This document shows positions 12,581 through 26,520 of a DNA stretch of 64,000 bases, in pieces. The stretch's first letter is position 1. The number at the start of each line of letters is the position of its first letter. A program made the translations under genes and the position numbers. Below the pieces are notes generated by a model that had not been told where the DNA came from, ran no database searches, and saw nothing but the letters and a program-made list of their open reading frames with translations. The stretch is from Trichoplax sp. H2 (taxonomy: Eukaryota), in contig NOWV01000157.1 in NCBI GenBank assembly GCA_003344405.1, forward strand, positions 1 through 64,000, written 5' to 3'.

Positions 12581-15500
12581 TTTTAAATTGGAAATTGAGC
12601 CATTTGATAGTTGTTTAATTGTAATCAGAGTACGTACATAGCCAGTCGTTTATGCTAAGTCGTAGCATACAACGTATCACCTATACATATCTTATCTTCC
12701 AATACTGATCTAGAAGCGGAAAAAGTATAGATTAATTAATTATATGATAAAGCATTGAATAGCGCAGCCATCTACAATTAATGGCGGCGTCTGTGTATTT
12801 CAACTTTTATCGAATTTTTACGACTTATTCAAGCTTTTGTACCAGTTCGCTCGAATAAGTAAAATATAAATATTAATGCGTTTTTATAACATAACGGATA
12901 TTACAATCTTATGAAAGTCTTTTATTGACGACTATTTCTATGCCATTAAGGCTATAAATATTTATTCCGAAGATACCATACTGTATTATTAGTTGGTGAA
13001 CGATTATAGAAACGCAATTATGCATAAAGTACGCGTATAATTGCTATCGTTGTTTGTGTTCAGAAATTATCGCGGAAGTAATAAAAAATGTTAATAATTA
13101 CGTCACCGTATAGAGATTGTTATTTAGTTTGTTTGCTGCATCAGGGTATCCTGTAGATGATCCAGTATAGCGTATATCGCTCAATATTACTCATGTTATC
13201 TAACGGAAGTACTAAAAATTTGCCACATATATTTCCTTACGAAAATTTTAGGCTATAGAATTGATATTTTACCGAAGTGAGATTAGAATCAGGTTATTCC
13301 AGAATAGTTTGCTAGTCTTGTTACCAAAACATATTAAAATCTCCTCACATTATAAAAAAATTTATTTCATAGCCCGAAATGGAATAAAAATTAAAGTTTT
13401 TCAAAAGAGTAATGAAATAAAACGTTTTATTCGCATTAATATAAACGACAGTTCTTTCATTTCTTAAAAAATGTGGGCTGTACGTCAAGTAAGCAATAAC
13501 TTTTACCTTTCACTTCTAGATACTATTTCGCTGCTGATAGAGCAGTCCACTCATATTTTTAAATTGAGATTAAGCGCACCGCAAGATCCAGTGCAGCATT
13601 AATGTAAGCACGTATAGTAAGCATTTTCTATAGTTTAGTAATTTGGTTCAGTATTCTATAAAGGAATTTTTAGCTATCACAGTTAAAGTGTAAATGTGCG
13701 AATCTATTTGTAGCAGTAATAATAATGAACATTATCTGAAATAGTTTTTTAGAATTAAATGATATTTAAGATGCAAATGCTAATCTTAATTTCATTCGCA
13801 TTTATTTTTCTCTATATCAACAAGACTTCAACAATAGTATATGCTATCGTGCAGTAGCCTAACTTTATAAATACTACTACAACGTGAATTTATGTTAAAT
13901 AATACCTACTGAGGCACAGGATTCGGTAAAACGTGAAGTAATATGCCGATCGAAGTTGAAAACAGGCTAAGCTACATGATAATTCCCATTATTGCAGCAA
14001 GACCTATAATCAATACCATAAGAGTGATAAATTGAGCTCTTTTGCAGTATGTTTTCTTCTACTTTGTGAATGGGCAGTAAAATAAATCGATCGATACCAA
14101 TACAAAAAGTTAACCATGCTAGCATAAATAAATAAATACTTGCTCGAAATTGAGCTATGTCACATCTTGTACTGGTTGACTATTCATTCTTAATTAAAGT
14201 ACCGTTTAAACTGTAAAAATATAGATAGTAACGAGTATAATAAGAATTTGATATCGCGAGAATTAAATATAAGTACAACACAAAAGATTATAAATCAGTA
14301 AGTTAAGAACAGTCAAATGGACGAACTTTTACGTGTAATGAGGAATAGCGACGACGTTCTTGTCTTATTATTGGAAATGGATTTGCTGCAGACTTCGTAT
14401 TGCATAGCAAAAAAGAAGTAGATTTAGCAGCAATCTGAATAATATGATAAATCAAGCCTCCAGACGTAGAAATCAGCTTCAGGGAAAATGGAATCCTGAC
14501 TAAAATTATGTTTATGTCTATAGAAGAAAGAATAATTGATAAATGTATAGTTAAAACTACGGTACATTCGATAAAAAGAAGGTGGTGAAAAATAAAGTAC
14601 AGCATTCTAACTTTTTATATATTTCCTTAGAATAAAAAATCTTATTTACTACGTAACTATGATTAGACCACGTACATAATTTATTTCAGACTTATTTATC
14701 AAGTGTCACAAATTCAATAATACATTCTTTTTGCGATAGTCTAATAGTCGTCCTGAATTAGTACTATTTAGCTTAAGAAGTTAATTATAAGTTTTAATTT
14801 CTAAATCTCGCAGCAGCAGCTGGCATTGAAAATACAGAAGCTGTAGTCAAGTACTAAATACATTGGAAGGAGATAAAGCAATTCCTTCAGCGACAGAGAT
14901 GAAAACTATCGTATTAAGTGAATTAGTAAAATTTAGCCAACATTGAAGCAGTCAATTTGTTTTGCTGATTACGTATTCATAATTTTTTGTGAGGATATCA
15001 AAATCATATGTACTAGTACACTTAATACATAATTTGACGATACCAGAAAATTATATCAGGTCGTTTTATATCTCTGATCCAAGATTTCCTAGTTGTAATT
15101 TACAGTTATTAACAATTATTGACACAAAGAATCTTCGCGAACAAAAGCTATTAATATTCTATTCTTTAGGATCGGATACCTCCAACTTAACGGTATTGAT
15201 ATTCCATACATGCAAATTCACCAAATACTCTATCGTAGTTAAGATGATGAAAGAACATCTTAAATAAACTACTACTCTAAACCTATTCTAACCTATTGTG
15301 TCTACTCGCAATTATTGTTGTAATTTGAAGTTTTATATAGGATAGCCTGGTAATGTCTACGATACTCGGCATAAGCACATATCGACAGTAATAGCTACCC
15401 ATAAATGCAAAAAGTAAATAAATCTATATGATCAACATAATCGTCTATATTAATTTACCTTACTAGCTCGATTGTTTAATGTCGTAAAAAGTTCAACTCG

Positions 15501-18500
15501 ATCACAGGTACAAAATTCGCATATTGAATTTTTGAAGGATATTAATACAATAGCATTATCCAATATACCGGGCACACATAATAAATATAATTATAATTCA
15601 TAATGAAAGAGATTATTTTTAAGGAATGATATTCATAACGAAAGACGTTGTCTCGTGATAACTGTTAACTCATGGTATACATTTAATCAAGATAATCGTT
15701 TATTGAAACACTATTTATCTATTCGAGTAAATTATTTACACTTTGCGCGTTATTTAATTAATATAAGTCTGCAAATTAGTTTCTATCTGATAGTGATATT
15801 AACGCTACTTATAGAAGTTGATAGAAGTAAAGTAAAGGGGCTGAAAGTCTAAGACAAGAAAGAAAATGTTAAATATGCTTCTACGCAACATTGCCAGGCA
15901 TATTCTGATATTTCAACAGTGATATCAAGTTCATTAATTCCTCCTATTGAATATATAATAAAAATATTGCACCTTAAGAATCTTGATAAATAACAATAAC
16001 AAATGTAAATAGAATTTAAAACCGTCTATCATATGCAGATGATAACTGAAAACCAAATATTAATCTTAGCATCGTTAGCCTCCATATCACGACGATATAT
16101 ACTATTGCATTAATAGCATACCAGAAGTTATACATTGCAACCTAATCGAAAAATCCAATTATAGTGAGGAATAACCTCAGGTCAAAATCTCTATATATAT
16201 TTATATAAAAATCGATAAAATGTGGCTATCACTTATGAACGTAGGCAAAGCAAAGAGCAACCACCGTTGTGGTTAGAGCTAAGTCTAAAACTCGTAAGAC
16301 GATGGACTTCACAGTGTCTATAATAAAAACTAATTCAACGACAAGGAAGCGTAAAGAAAATTCTATAAGCAAACTACTAGCTTAAACGCTTTTCTACTAA
16401 CCGCACTTTACATCCTGCTACGCATAATAGTTGGAATTTTAATACGCACGCTCCGCTATTATCTTCGTTGTTCAAGCGTATAATACAAGACATTGGCCTA
16501 ATGATGGTTGCTAGTTTGTAATCACGCCATAGTTCTGATATCTGTTATTCATAATTATACACATGTAATTACTTTGCCCTATGAGTCAATAACTAGCAAG
16601 TTCGGATGATTTATTTAAAATAGTAAATTAATTTTTATGATTTTTATCTTTTATTTAAATAATAATTTGTGCCTTCTGCTTGTTGTGATTTAAATGAGAG
16701 CATTTTAAATTAATTATAATTTTTCGAAGAAAGAATTGCATTGCTTAATTAAGTAAGTTGTACGGTATAAAGATGAAATAAGATAATATAGGCTAATGTT
16801 TTATAAGCTGACTTCTATACATGATAAAATGCATCAGATATGCCGTACTGGCGCACAATATGATCACTGAAATTGAACACTCTAACCATATTTGCATGAA
16901 ACATATTCATCAGATGCATTTGATTTACCCTTTTAAAATACTGCCTTAGCTACAACTAGAATTCTTTGAAAATTCTCGTTGCAAATTGAGTTAATTCTTA
17001 TTCTGTGAGATGCAGCGCTTGCTAGTTCTTTTAGATACTAAAAAATTTTCCTTACATGTAGGTTATAAATTCACTTGCAGCATGATCCCAATAGTCATCT
17101 TTTACAATGTCATACTGGCTTACTTCCTTAGACGGCCACTTTTTACTTTGTATTAAGTCCGAGGGAATCCGAGCCGGTATAGTTCTAAAATTCCAATGTG
17201 ATCCTTATCCAATCTGTTGTTGATGGTACTAATCTCTAGTACATTCTCTATATTTTTTAGCACAACCGACAAATATGCGATATGAATGCTTTAATTTCAT
17301 ATAATATGCAATTTGAAGTAGGCTCGTATACACCCATTAAGTACATGGAATATTTATTTTCAAAATAGTATAATAACTATTAAGAAGGGTCACAATCAAG
17401 GATTGGGACACAATGCGATCATTCAAATAGGTATTCATTACCCTCGTCGATCTAAGAAGCTTATTAGTAACTTGGTATAAAGTAAAATTGCTTTTCTAAT
17501 AAATATAACTGTTTCTGTACTGATATAATTTGTACTAGTCTACCTTTAATCCCACAGACAATTTTTACATGAACCTGTATATTCTATTCTACATTACTAT
17601 CAGATATTTTAGCTCAATCTAAGCATCACTCATCTAATCGGCTTCTGAAATCACATTTTATCTATCAATAATCCCTTTTAAAGAGATTTTTCTTCATGAT
17701 TTCATGAATAAATTAGTTAACATTACAAATAATAATAACAAGTAAATAGCACTTTCGAAAAATCCGATAATAAACACAATAACTGTATATTAATGGCTAT
17801 TTTATAAGCAGTCATAATAGTTAGCATGTTTTGATAATTATTAATAAATCTATGCACAGAAAATGCTTCTATTACTCAACTAATTAAGAAATTTTACACT
17901 TTTAGTTTGCTATGTTCGTAAGACGTTAGTAAAGAAGAAAACATTTATCCCCGTTGCTTATTTTTGCCTCATTTATAAAAAAAATTATCAAAATGAACAG
18001 CAATCTAATAGCTTAATAGGATAAATTCTGATTTAATTTTTCGATCCTAACATTTTGATGTTATTTTGCCCCATGCATAAATGAACCGCAGTGATGGTAA
18101 ACAAAATTTTACTTACTGTAAGATGCATATACATATGCGTAAGGTTATTTCACATAAATACCAAGGTAGATTTTAAATCATGGAATGGCGATCGAAAACT
18201 GCCTTGGTAATCATATTATGAATCTATAACTAGCAGTTTGTCATATTAACAACTTATACATATTTGCAGATTCATTTTAAATGTAACTATTAATTTAATA
18301 AGAAACGATGACGTTACTGCTTTTCAGAACGAACTGATGAAATTCAAACAATGAATAAACTCATCTCTAAATTTAGCCAAAACATGCCTAATATTGCACT
18401 ATAAAAATATTGAGATTTACCGAATAGTTAGCTAGTATTAATAGTGCTGTTACTTTGGCAATCTTTAAAGATACTTTTAGTCATCTATTAAAGTTCAACT

Positions 18501-18850
18501 AGTCAGCAAATTTCCTTTCAACAATATAACCGTGTAAGTATAATACAAGGATTATTCAATACAAAGGGCTTCGAAAACGGTAACGTTATACTTATTCGAA
18601 TCAAATTTGATTTTATTATTATCTTATGTCTAAATTTACTTTAATAAACTTGCTGAAATTGTATAATTCTGTTAACTTACGAAACACTTAGGCAAGTTAA
18701 TCAAATTGTGATAGTGTATTTACGAAATATTCGGACAAGTTAGTTGTACTTTCATCATAAGAACTAATCTACGTTTCATTAATCACATGTTTGCTTAATT
18801 TATGTCTGTAACTAACACTGCGAGCGTGTTCATTTGAAATCTTAGCGCGA

Positions 18851-19951
18851 TTAAACCTCTGTAATTACTATATTTTCATTTTGGCTAAATTTTGTTTCAC
18901 TAGAAACAATCGGAATAACTTTAGGACGGAGGCAATTTGATATCGGAGATTGACAATGTAGCTGACTTCTAATATCGTGAAATCGAAAGATTAGGTAAAT
19001 CAAAGGATCAAGTACTGAATTAGAATAAGGAAGTAAAGTAATTATTTTTTGAAATTTAGATATTTGGGTTGGTGTTCCATTTAGGAAACTAACCGCTGCC
19101 GAAGTCGAAATGAAAAAAAAAGCAAATATATTTGTCGAGGCAATGAGAATGAGCACTATCTGAAATCGTCTTTCAAATGTAGACGATAATTGAGATCTAA
19201 ATATTAATCTTGACTTTCTTAGTTTCCATATTATTCCCGTATACAAGCCAGCCGTAGTAGAGTAGGCGAGAATATAATAACCTAGACAGCTAAATGCCAC
19301 TATGGAATGAATTGATGTCAAATAATATTCGCCAAGACATAAATTACGATAAAACTCAAAATAGTACGCAGACCTAAGGTGAAAGTAAGCGAAATTAAAG
19401 ATGATAGTTCCGACTGACATAGTAACTCCTAATATCCATGATATTGTAGTTATAATTTTGGCTCTTTTTACTGTCAATTTCCAATTGCTATGTGGATAGG
19501 TAGTTAAAATAAAGCGATCAATCCCAATACATAAAGTTAGTGTTGCTGCCATGAATAAATTCAAGTTTGCTAGAAACTGTGCTATGCCGCATGTTACGCT
19601 AATTGACCATGCATTCTTTATTAACGAAAAATTAGCACTTGAACCATGGATGTGTTGATAGTAGTGAGTATAAAAAGAGTCCGATATGATGAGTATAAAA
19701 ATATAAATACAACCCATAAGATCGCAAAGAATTAAGTTAAACAATAACCATACAGAAGGATTTTTATGAGCAATCATTGAATGATGACGGTGTTCTTTAT
19801 TTCTTACTAAAAATTTATAAGTAATTGATTCCCATATCGTGTAGCTGATAAGAAATAGATTTAACGGCAATCCAATCAAAGCGATACACCATGCTATCGG
19901 ACGCATTACATCAACCTCAAGGAAGACAGAATATCGGCTGAAATTACCCAT
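18851..19951 (-). CDS. Intronless class A GPCR, LGR/relaxin-receptor-type 7TM domain, copy 3 (366 aa)
   Basis: Intact ORF colinear with copy 2, with the same motifs (NLILCDLMG, GIDRF, FYRNLCL, LPYSNSVLDPLIY). Confidence 0.9.
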   Translation of the reverse strand: MGNFSRYSVFLEVDVMRPIAWCIALIGLPLNLFLISYTIWESITYKFLVRNKEHRHHSMIAHKNPSVWLLFNLILCDLMGCIYIFILIISDSFYTHYYQHIHGSSANFSLIKNAWSISVTCGIAQFLANLNLFMAATLTLCIGIDRFILTTYPHSNWKLTVKRAKIITTISWILGVTMSVGTIIFNFAYFHLRSAYYFEFYRNLCLGEYYLTSIHSIVAFSCLGYYILAYSTTAGLYTGIIWKLRKSRLIFRSQLSSTFERRFQIVLILIASTNIFAFFFISTSAAVSFLNGTPTQISKFQKIITLLPYSNSVLDPLIYLIFRFHDIRSQLHCQSPISNCLRPKVIPIVSSETKFSQNENIVITEV

Positions 19952-22900
19952 TTTATTGATTAAGCTTGACTTATATGATCAAAGTATTATTCTATTTATG
20001 GTATAGTGGATTACACAATGTAGGCTAAAATATAGAATAAAATATTGCCAATGTGTAATTTTAATTGTTGAATATTAAGCTTATTAAGAATAAGCGATTA
20101 AATGATTATAAGGGATATTTTAATAAAGAATCAACGATATAATTTTATTAAAATCTTACTGTATTAATATTTCTTATCAAAACTTTGACACTGTAAAATT
20201 AATCACTCGTAGAAAGCAAACAAGAAATGAGATATTAGATTAAGTAATAAGGTATAGAGCTTCGATGATAATAAATATCTCAATAGCTAACAACGGAGCG
20301 AAATAATTTCAAAAAGTCAACCTATTCGCGTCTGGAAGCTCTTATTAAAATTAATATTTAAAAGCACAAGCGATCGTTTATAATGCATATAAAGAAAAAA
20401 TTCTTGACTTGTATTTAGCGAAAAATAGATGTATGGACAATAAGATAAAAGGCAATAATAAGAGGATTAATAGAAACTATTGCTGTCTTAGCTTGATTTA
20501 TCGATAATTTCTAATCTTTTGATGCAGCAGCTTTTGCGTAAATTGTTGATCGCAAAATTTAATACTCAGAATGAGATTAATTTCGAGTATGTAGAAAAAA
20601 TAGCTCTTAACGATAGTATTTTTGTGACGAAGGGTTTTCTTATGGGATGAATAGTGTCAACTAAACCTGACAATGAATTGACTTCAGTACGTATGCTATA
20701 TTTAATTTCCTGTCATTTCAATAAGCGATAAACTTGGTAATCAATTTAAAAATGATCCGTACTATGTGGTTAAATTCTGTTTAAGCTACTACATTAGTTA
20801 ATATGCGACTGTTTATCGGATATTTCTATCCATGTCAATCACTGTAAATTTATACTGTATAGAAAAGCAAAACAAATAATAGCTATAATATCTGTCGCGA
20901 AAATGAAATTTTATTTGTATTGTATTTGGTTGTATAGCGTACATCTTTACTATAATATTCTCTACATAATCTGTCTTCAGATCTATTTTTTTATTCATGA
21001 ATCCTAATATTATACCCTTTTCTATCAGCGTGGTACACTAAGCCGTTAAATTATAGTACCTATAACCTATCACGTGAATTAGCTTGTGAATCAGGTTAAC
21101 GAAAGTCCCAAGTTAGTACAAAGATCTTCTAGTTTACTCCTTTCTACGTAAATCACTTAATGACGCTATTTTTGCTGATAATTTCCAAATATTACGTAAC
21201 TTGCAGTGCTTTGCATATTATTATAAAGCGGAAGAATATTATGTGCCAGAAAGGTTGCTACAAGAGCCCGTTTCTAAGCAATGTATTAAATACTTGTTTT
21301 AATAAATTTACCCCTCAAAAGTGAATAGTAAGATAGTAGTGCCTTTTCCGCTATAAACAGGAAAAAATTTCTCAAAGTCTTATTTAAATTTAGTGAAGTT
21401 AAAAATATTTTTGTTTGCATTGATCATTAAAGTAGTAATAACCTACTATTTTATTGTTCACATTCAGATACTATAAACTATCGATTATTAACTCTTCATT
21501 AAACTCCGATTTGCCTAATTTAGTCTAAGACAGAAGAGTACGGTACTGTGATAGCTACAGCTATATGGCGACTAGAAAAAGTTAAAATGAGTTTGCTGTA
21601 GACAAATGTTAAGAAAGCAATGTGACACACGAAACTCGTAGTTTTAAATATTAGATTACAATCTACGGTTGATAATACAGTAAAGATGACTCTCGTTACC
21701 CATCTCTTCAAATATAGTTTGTCTAAAGGAATTATTATGTCTTAAACTAAATTCTTCATGGATACGGATTAAGATTTTTAAAAATATTTACCTAAATAAA
21801 AAATTAAGCTATTAAACTAGAATTGGATTACAAATAAGCAAACGACAATTTATAGTTTTGACATTTATTTGCAACTAGAATTTTTCGAAGCCAGTACTAA
21901 ACATGATTAGTAATCTGATTGCAAGTAGTCCAATAAAAAATGGTGTCTCAGTAATTTATTTGGCTTAATTTATTATTATGCAAGCCAAAATCAACATTTG
22001 TAAACACAGCTATCCGTAAACGTAATAAATAAATCTATAACAATTGCAGCCTACTTTCAGTTGGCCAACAATGCCAGTTTATAGATTGCTATGAAAGAAT
22101 GAGATTATCTACTTAATCATAGATAGAGAATTACGATAATCAATTATTTCAATAGCAGCTAACAATGCAACACACTCTATCCTGATAATAACCATTGTTG
22201 TTAAATTCCCATCTTGTTGGTTTATTATTTTCGATAGCCAGACTAAATCACTAGATACAACTTTAATTTCCTAATTATAGTAAATTTTAGAGAATCTATT
22301 GTATTAAAAATTAGGAATACCATAACAGCAAATTTTTAACATCCTGTTCAGCCCCTTACAGTAAATAACTTTTACAATTTAGTTAAAATAAATTAGTTTT
22401 GTGATTTCTATCTTATAATCGAATAGCCGATTTAAGAAAAATTCATTAGTCCTATCGGTCGACCTTGATAAAAGTTAAACTAGATTTACGTAGCACATAA
22501 AAAGTAGTACAGTTCGGTAGTAAAGTAGTTCAAGTTAATTTCAAGTGGGGGAATATTAAGAAAACTTAAGATATTGTACGTAATTTTTTTGATAATTTGG
22601 TTTGTTTGAGGCAGTAATCTGGCCTTTATTGTAATTCTTTTAAAGTTACTTAAAATTTAAATAAACTGGCATTTTCCTCTATTTTAGCGAAAAATTGCAA
22701 AGTGGCTATTCGTTTTTAGTAAAGTTAATGCTTTTCTCATTTTTATTTCTGCTATTGAAAGATGTAGAGTTATATTGCTCACGCCTAAAAGCAGGAATAT
22801 CGAAAAGAAATTATTCCGATATAAGTTACTGACCAAGTAATGCAAAAGCAATTTATTTAGTATGCATGCATCTTTGAAACACAAATGAAATATGGACGGA

Positions 22901-24699
22901 AATGAGATCGAAATTAACCTTGAATTATTTATACTTTAAAAATAAAAATATTAACCATTTATTACGATCGAAAGTTCCTGCATCATCACTAACAATATTG
23001 ACTGTAGATTAATTGTCAAATTATGTTTTCGACTTTTCACGTGTAACTTTGTTTGCTATTATTTCTTCACTATTGCGTCATACTTTTTACTGTAACTTCA
23101 TTTTAAACTTCATGTAAACATGAAAGTCTGCGGGTCAATTTCATTAAGCCTTCATAAAGGGGCAAACAAGAGTTTGAAATATAAGTAATCTTATATTACG
23201 AGCATAATTGAAAAGAGTAAACCCCATTATCTTAAGTATAGAATTAGAAGCAATATTATTGAAATTTAAGTTATTATCAAGTTGCCAATTTTCATTACTC
23301 GAATGCAATAATATGCAATATCTTTTTATCGGCGTTGCATCGTAATATTTCAAGCACTCCAATTATAGCTTTTCTATCCTGTCAGTCTGAAGATTTTACG
23401 ACCTTAACTTAGACTCGAGTTGAAAGATATCAAATTGCAGTTTATGCCACGGTACAGATTAAATGATGGCTATAAATAGGATTTTTAACGAAATAGACCT
23501 GCACCATCCGATCCTTCCGGAGCGTATAATCTGTTCTATAATTATAACTTCAAAAATTTCTATAATTTCTTTATCTCTTGACAGCTCCGATTAATCCATA
23601 TCTATTTGCAGATTAAATGGGTAAAGTTCAAATCCATAGAGTAGCAACACAATATTAGAATAATGATGCAATCGATAAAAGCATTCAATAACATAAGTAA
23701 GTAAACCATCCTTAAAAGTATAATTTACTTTCATTCATCATAGGTGATCTAATGACATACATATATTTATTGCTACACTCACGGATTTTTAAATTTAATT
23801 ATAATTATTATTAAGTAGGGAACCATAGCCACTATTTCTCAATTAGAAGTCGCTTCGATATAAATACATTGCTCTAGACACTACTTAAATCGTTTGTCTC
23901 GCAATAACCTTGGTGACTCAAAAATTATCCAAAGTAAAACTAGCGTTTACTTTCTTAACCACTCATCAAGCATCTCTAATGCACCTTACTTAATATAAGA
24001 CCTTAGCCACAGTCAAACACAAACTTCAAATCTAGTTAAATTATTATGTTAAAGAGGTAACGTACTCTGCTAAGTAACTCCAAATGTAACTTATTATTAA
24101 TTACTTTAGTAGCTGGCTTATATGCCTTTGTACTGCTATTTACAGATTTTCGTGCAAGGAAATATTAATGAACAACTTAATAAATAAGTTACTTGACCAT
24201 ATAGCAATTGTTCCAGTAATTATAATTATTAACCGTGAAGGAAAAAACGCAACATGCTGCTTTCAATGTCATTTGCAGAATGAATTTTATTGCTTACCAC
24301 TGATTTCACAACATACGATCACTTTATTAGCCTGCTGCAACTTCCTCTATAGAAGGCCTATTCATAGATAAACTACAACGACATGGCCAATATTAACCAT
24401 AGATTTCACAAAATATTATTCTGGTGATAGGTTTACTACATAACTTGTCAGAGAAGGTGTCTTACTCATAGAAAAATAAATTTTACCTTCGTTTTTATTG
24501 AAGAATTTAATCATTTCAGTATTACCCAATATATTTATTTAAAGACTGATATTGATAATTTCTATTAATCTAATTCTTTATTGGAAGATGTTGTACCTTT
24601 CCTTAATTTTCCTGCTGAGTTATCATTTGCGGTATATAGATTGCGGCCAATATCCGAAATTAAGGTATCATGAGGGAAGAAATTGCGATAAAAATGAAA

Positions 24700-25344
24700 G
24701 CAACTCAACGTATAAGTCTTTGATTGTGGTTTTCATCATATGTAGTCACAACAGAGGTTGATGGTCAGTAGTATTTGCAAAGGGACGTCCTTCCAGATAC
24801 ATTCGGAAAGTTCTTATTTCCCAAATCACTGCTAGCCACTCTTTCTCTACCGTAGAATAATTCTTTTCGGCTTCAGTTATTTCCTACTAGCTTAGACCAC
24901 AGGGTGTTACCATGGTGTGATTGCGTTAATACTGCATCAATGCCTAGATTTGAAGCATCGGTTTGTAAAGCAATTGGTAACTCTTCGCCGATGACCCATA
25001 ATATTGGCGCTTTTACTAAATGTTGTTTTAATAATCTAAAGGCTTTATCGCAGTCTTTTGACCAGTTTACCTTGTTAGATTCTTTCTTAAAGATTTGGCG
25101 CATCAAAGGTTCGGTTATCATGGCATAATTAGGGATTAATTTTCGATAATAGCCAGTCAATCCAAGAATGCCCTAAAGTCTCTCTTAATTTTCGGCTGCG
25201 AAAATCTTTCCACTGTTTCTAGTTTGAGCTGTTTCGATCGTGCTATCCCAGAGCCAATCTCGTGCCCGAAGTACGTTACTGTTCCGTCTGCAAACGTACA
25301 CTAAATCTACTTAATTATCATGTACGGTGCTTTGCTCCGTAACA
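24700..25344 (-). mobile_element. Internally deleted Ty3/Gypsy LTR-retrotransposon remnant (LTR start joined to RT thumb/connection and RNase H)
   Basis: Minus-strand translation gives VTYFGHEIG, (F)LGLTGYYRKLIPNYA, LQTDASNLGIDAVLTQ, YSTVEKEWLAVIW and TDHQPL, with frameshifts. About 44 bp of LTR start (TGTTACGGAGC) precede it at 25344. Confidence 0.85.
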
Positions 25345-25866
25345 TACTTACTAATTTTCTTTCTATTTCTTGAACAAACATTTCATTAGTTGTATATTAT
25401 GACTTGGCTGATTGTATGAAAGAGCATATTGTGATTTGACTATTTTGTGTCGGTAATCGGATATCGAAGTCCTTAATTATTTATGATATTAATTAGGTAT
25501 TTAGATATAAATTTGCTACCTGACTTGTAGGTACTATTGATACTAATTATAACTTCCAGCTACCACGCAAATATATATAAACCAGTCATATCGCATAATT
25601 GAGCTGGATTTTAAGCTGATGTATCCGCAAGACCTTCTGACTATAAATTTTTTTAGGCAAATTACACATCTAATTTTTATTCACGTATTTTAAAAAATCA
25701 TGGAATTTCTCAGCGATCAATTACCTGCATATCATCAAGATTTTCGACGTAGTATTAAATTGCCATATTAAGATGCGTTTATCGCAACTACCCGTATGCT
25801 ATATTTTGTTATTTTAAGAGCTAATTGCTTACTTAAGGATTATACAGTAAGTAAATCGTAACTTTC

Positions 25867-26454
25867 TGTGACGGAGCTCGCTCCGAAATGAATAATATTT
25901 TGATCTAAAATGTGTAACAATATTATTATGGAGGTTGCCGATCTCGGCAACAACCTAGTTGTTAATTGAGTTTTGTTATTAATTATCCTAGTAATATACA
26001 GCGTGGATATGGTGTTAGCAATTAAGATGTCAAGCTGTAAAGATTATTATGTTAGTTAATAAGGTGCTAATTAATAATATTAATTTGTGACAAGTGATAA
26101 GTAACACTCGAACTAGTCGAATCTATAGTAAGCCTGAATGGATCTGTATTGCACATTCTATAATTTAATATGAAAGATTAGTACCGATCTTATTTGTGTG
26201 ATATATGAAACTGTATATAAGCTTGATCATTACTTTTTAATCTGAGTTCCACGAAGGCTACGCTAGAGTACACTGGTACTAAGTTGCAATAGCTGGTAAT
26301 AAAATATTTAATAACCTAAACCTATCGTTGGACTCGTTGTCTATGGTATAGGAATAAGTTAGTTTTCCTTTACTGAGGATCTCCGGAGTTAGTCGGGGAA
26401 CCTTAAGAGTAGATAGACTAGTTTAGGTACGTTCACGAAAGTTGTTTTGTGACA
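25867..26454 (+). mobile_element. Solo LTR, 588 bp, 5-bp TSD CTTTC
   Basis: TGTGAC...GTGACA termini. CTTTC at 25862..25866 and 26455..26459. TATA-like and AATAAA motifs inside. The 3' half matches 47730..48092. The empty site is visible at ~27028. Confidence 0.9.
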
Positions 26455-26520
26455 CTTTCATAAAACGTTTTTATGGAGATGAGAGCTGAGACAGTTTCAA
26501 NNNNNNNNNNNNNNNNNNNN

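Larger units (their letters stand above)
3980..22470. repeat. Multi-kb segmental duplication units around the GPCRs (~3980..10700 vs ~17000..22470; also ~840..3130 vs ~7360..9170)
   Basis: Colinear diverged non-coding matches, e.g. 4081 vs 17101, 6000 vs 18545, 9470 vs 21660, 10320 vs 22080. Confidence 0.75.

Noticed and set aside
24904-25128. Plus-strand 74-aa ORF
   Set aside because: Antisense shadow of the Gypsy pol fragment.
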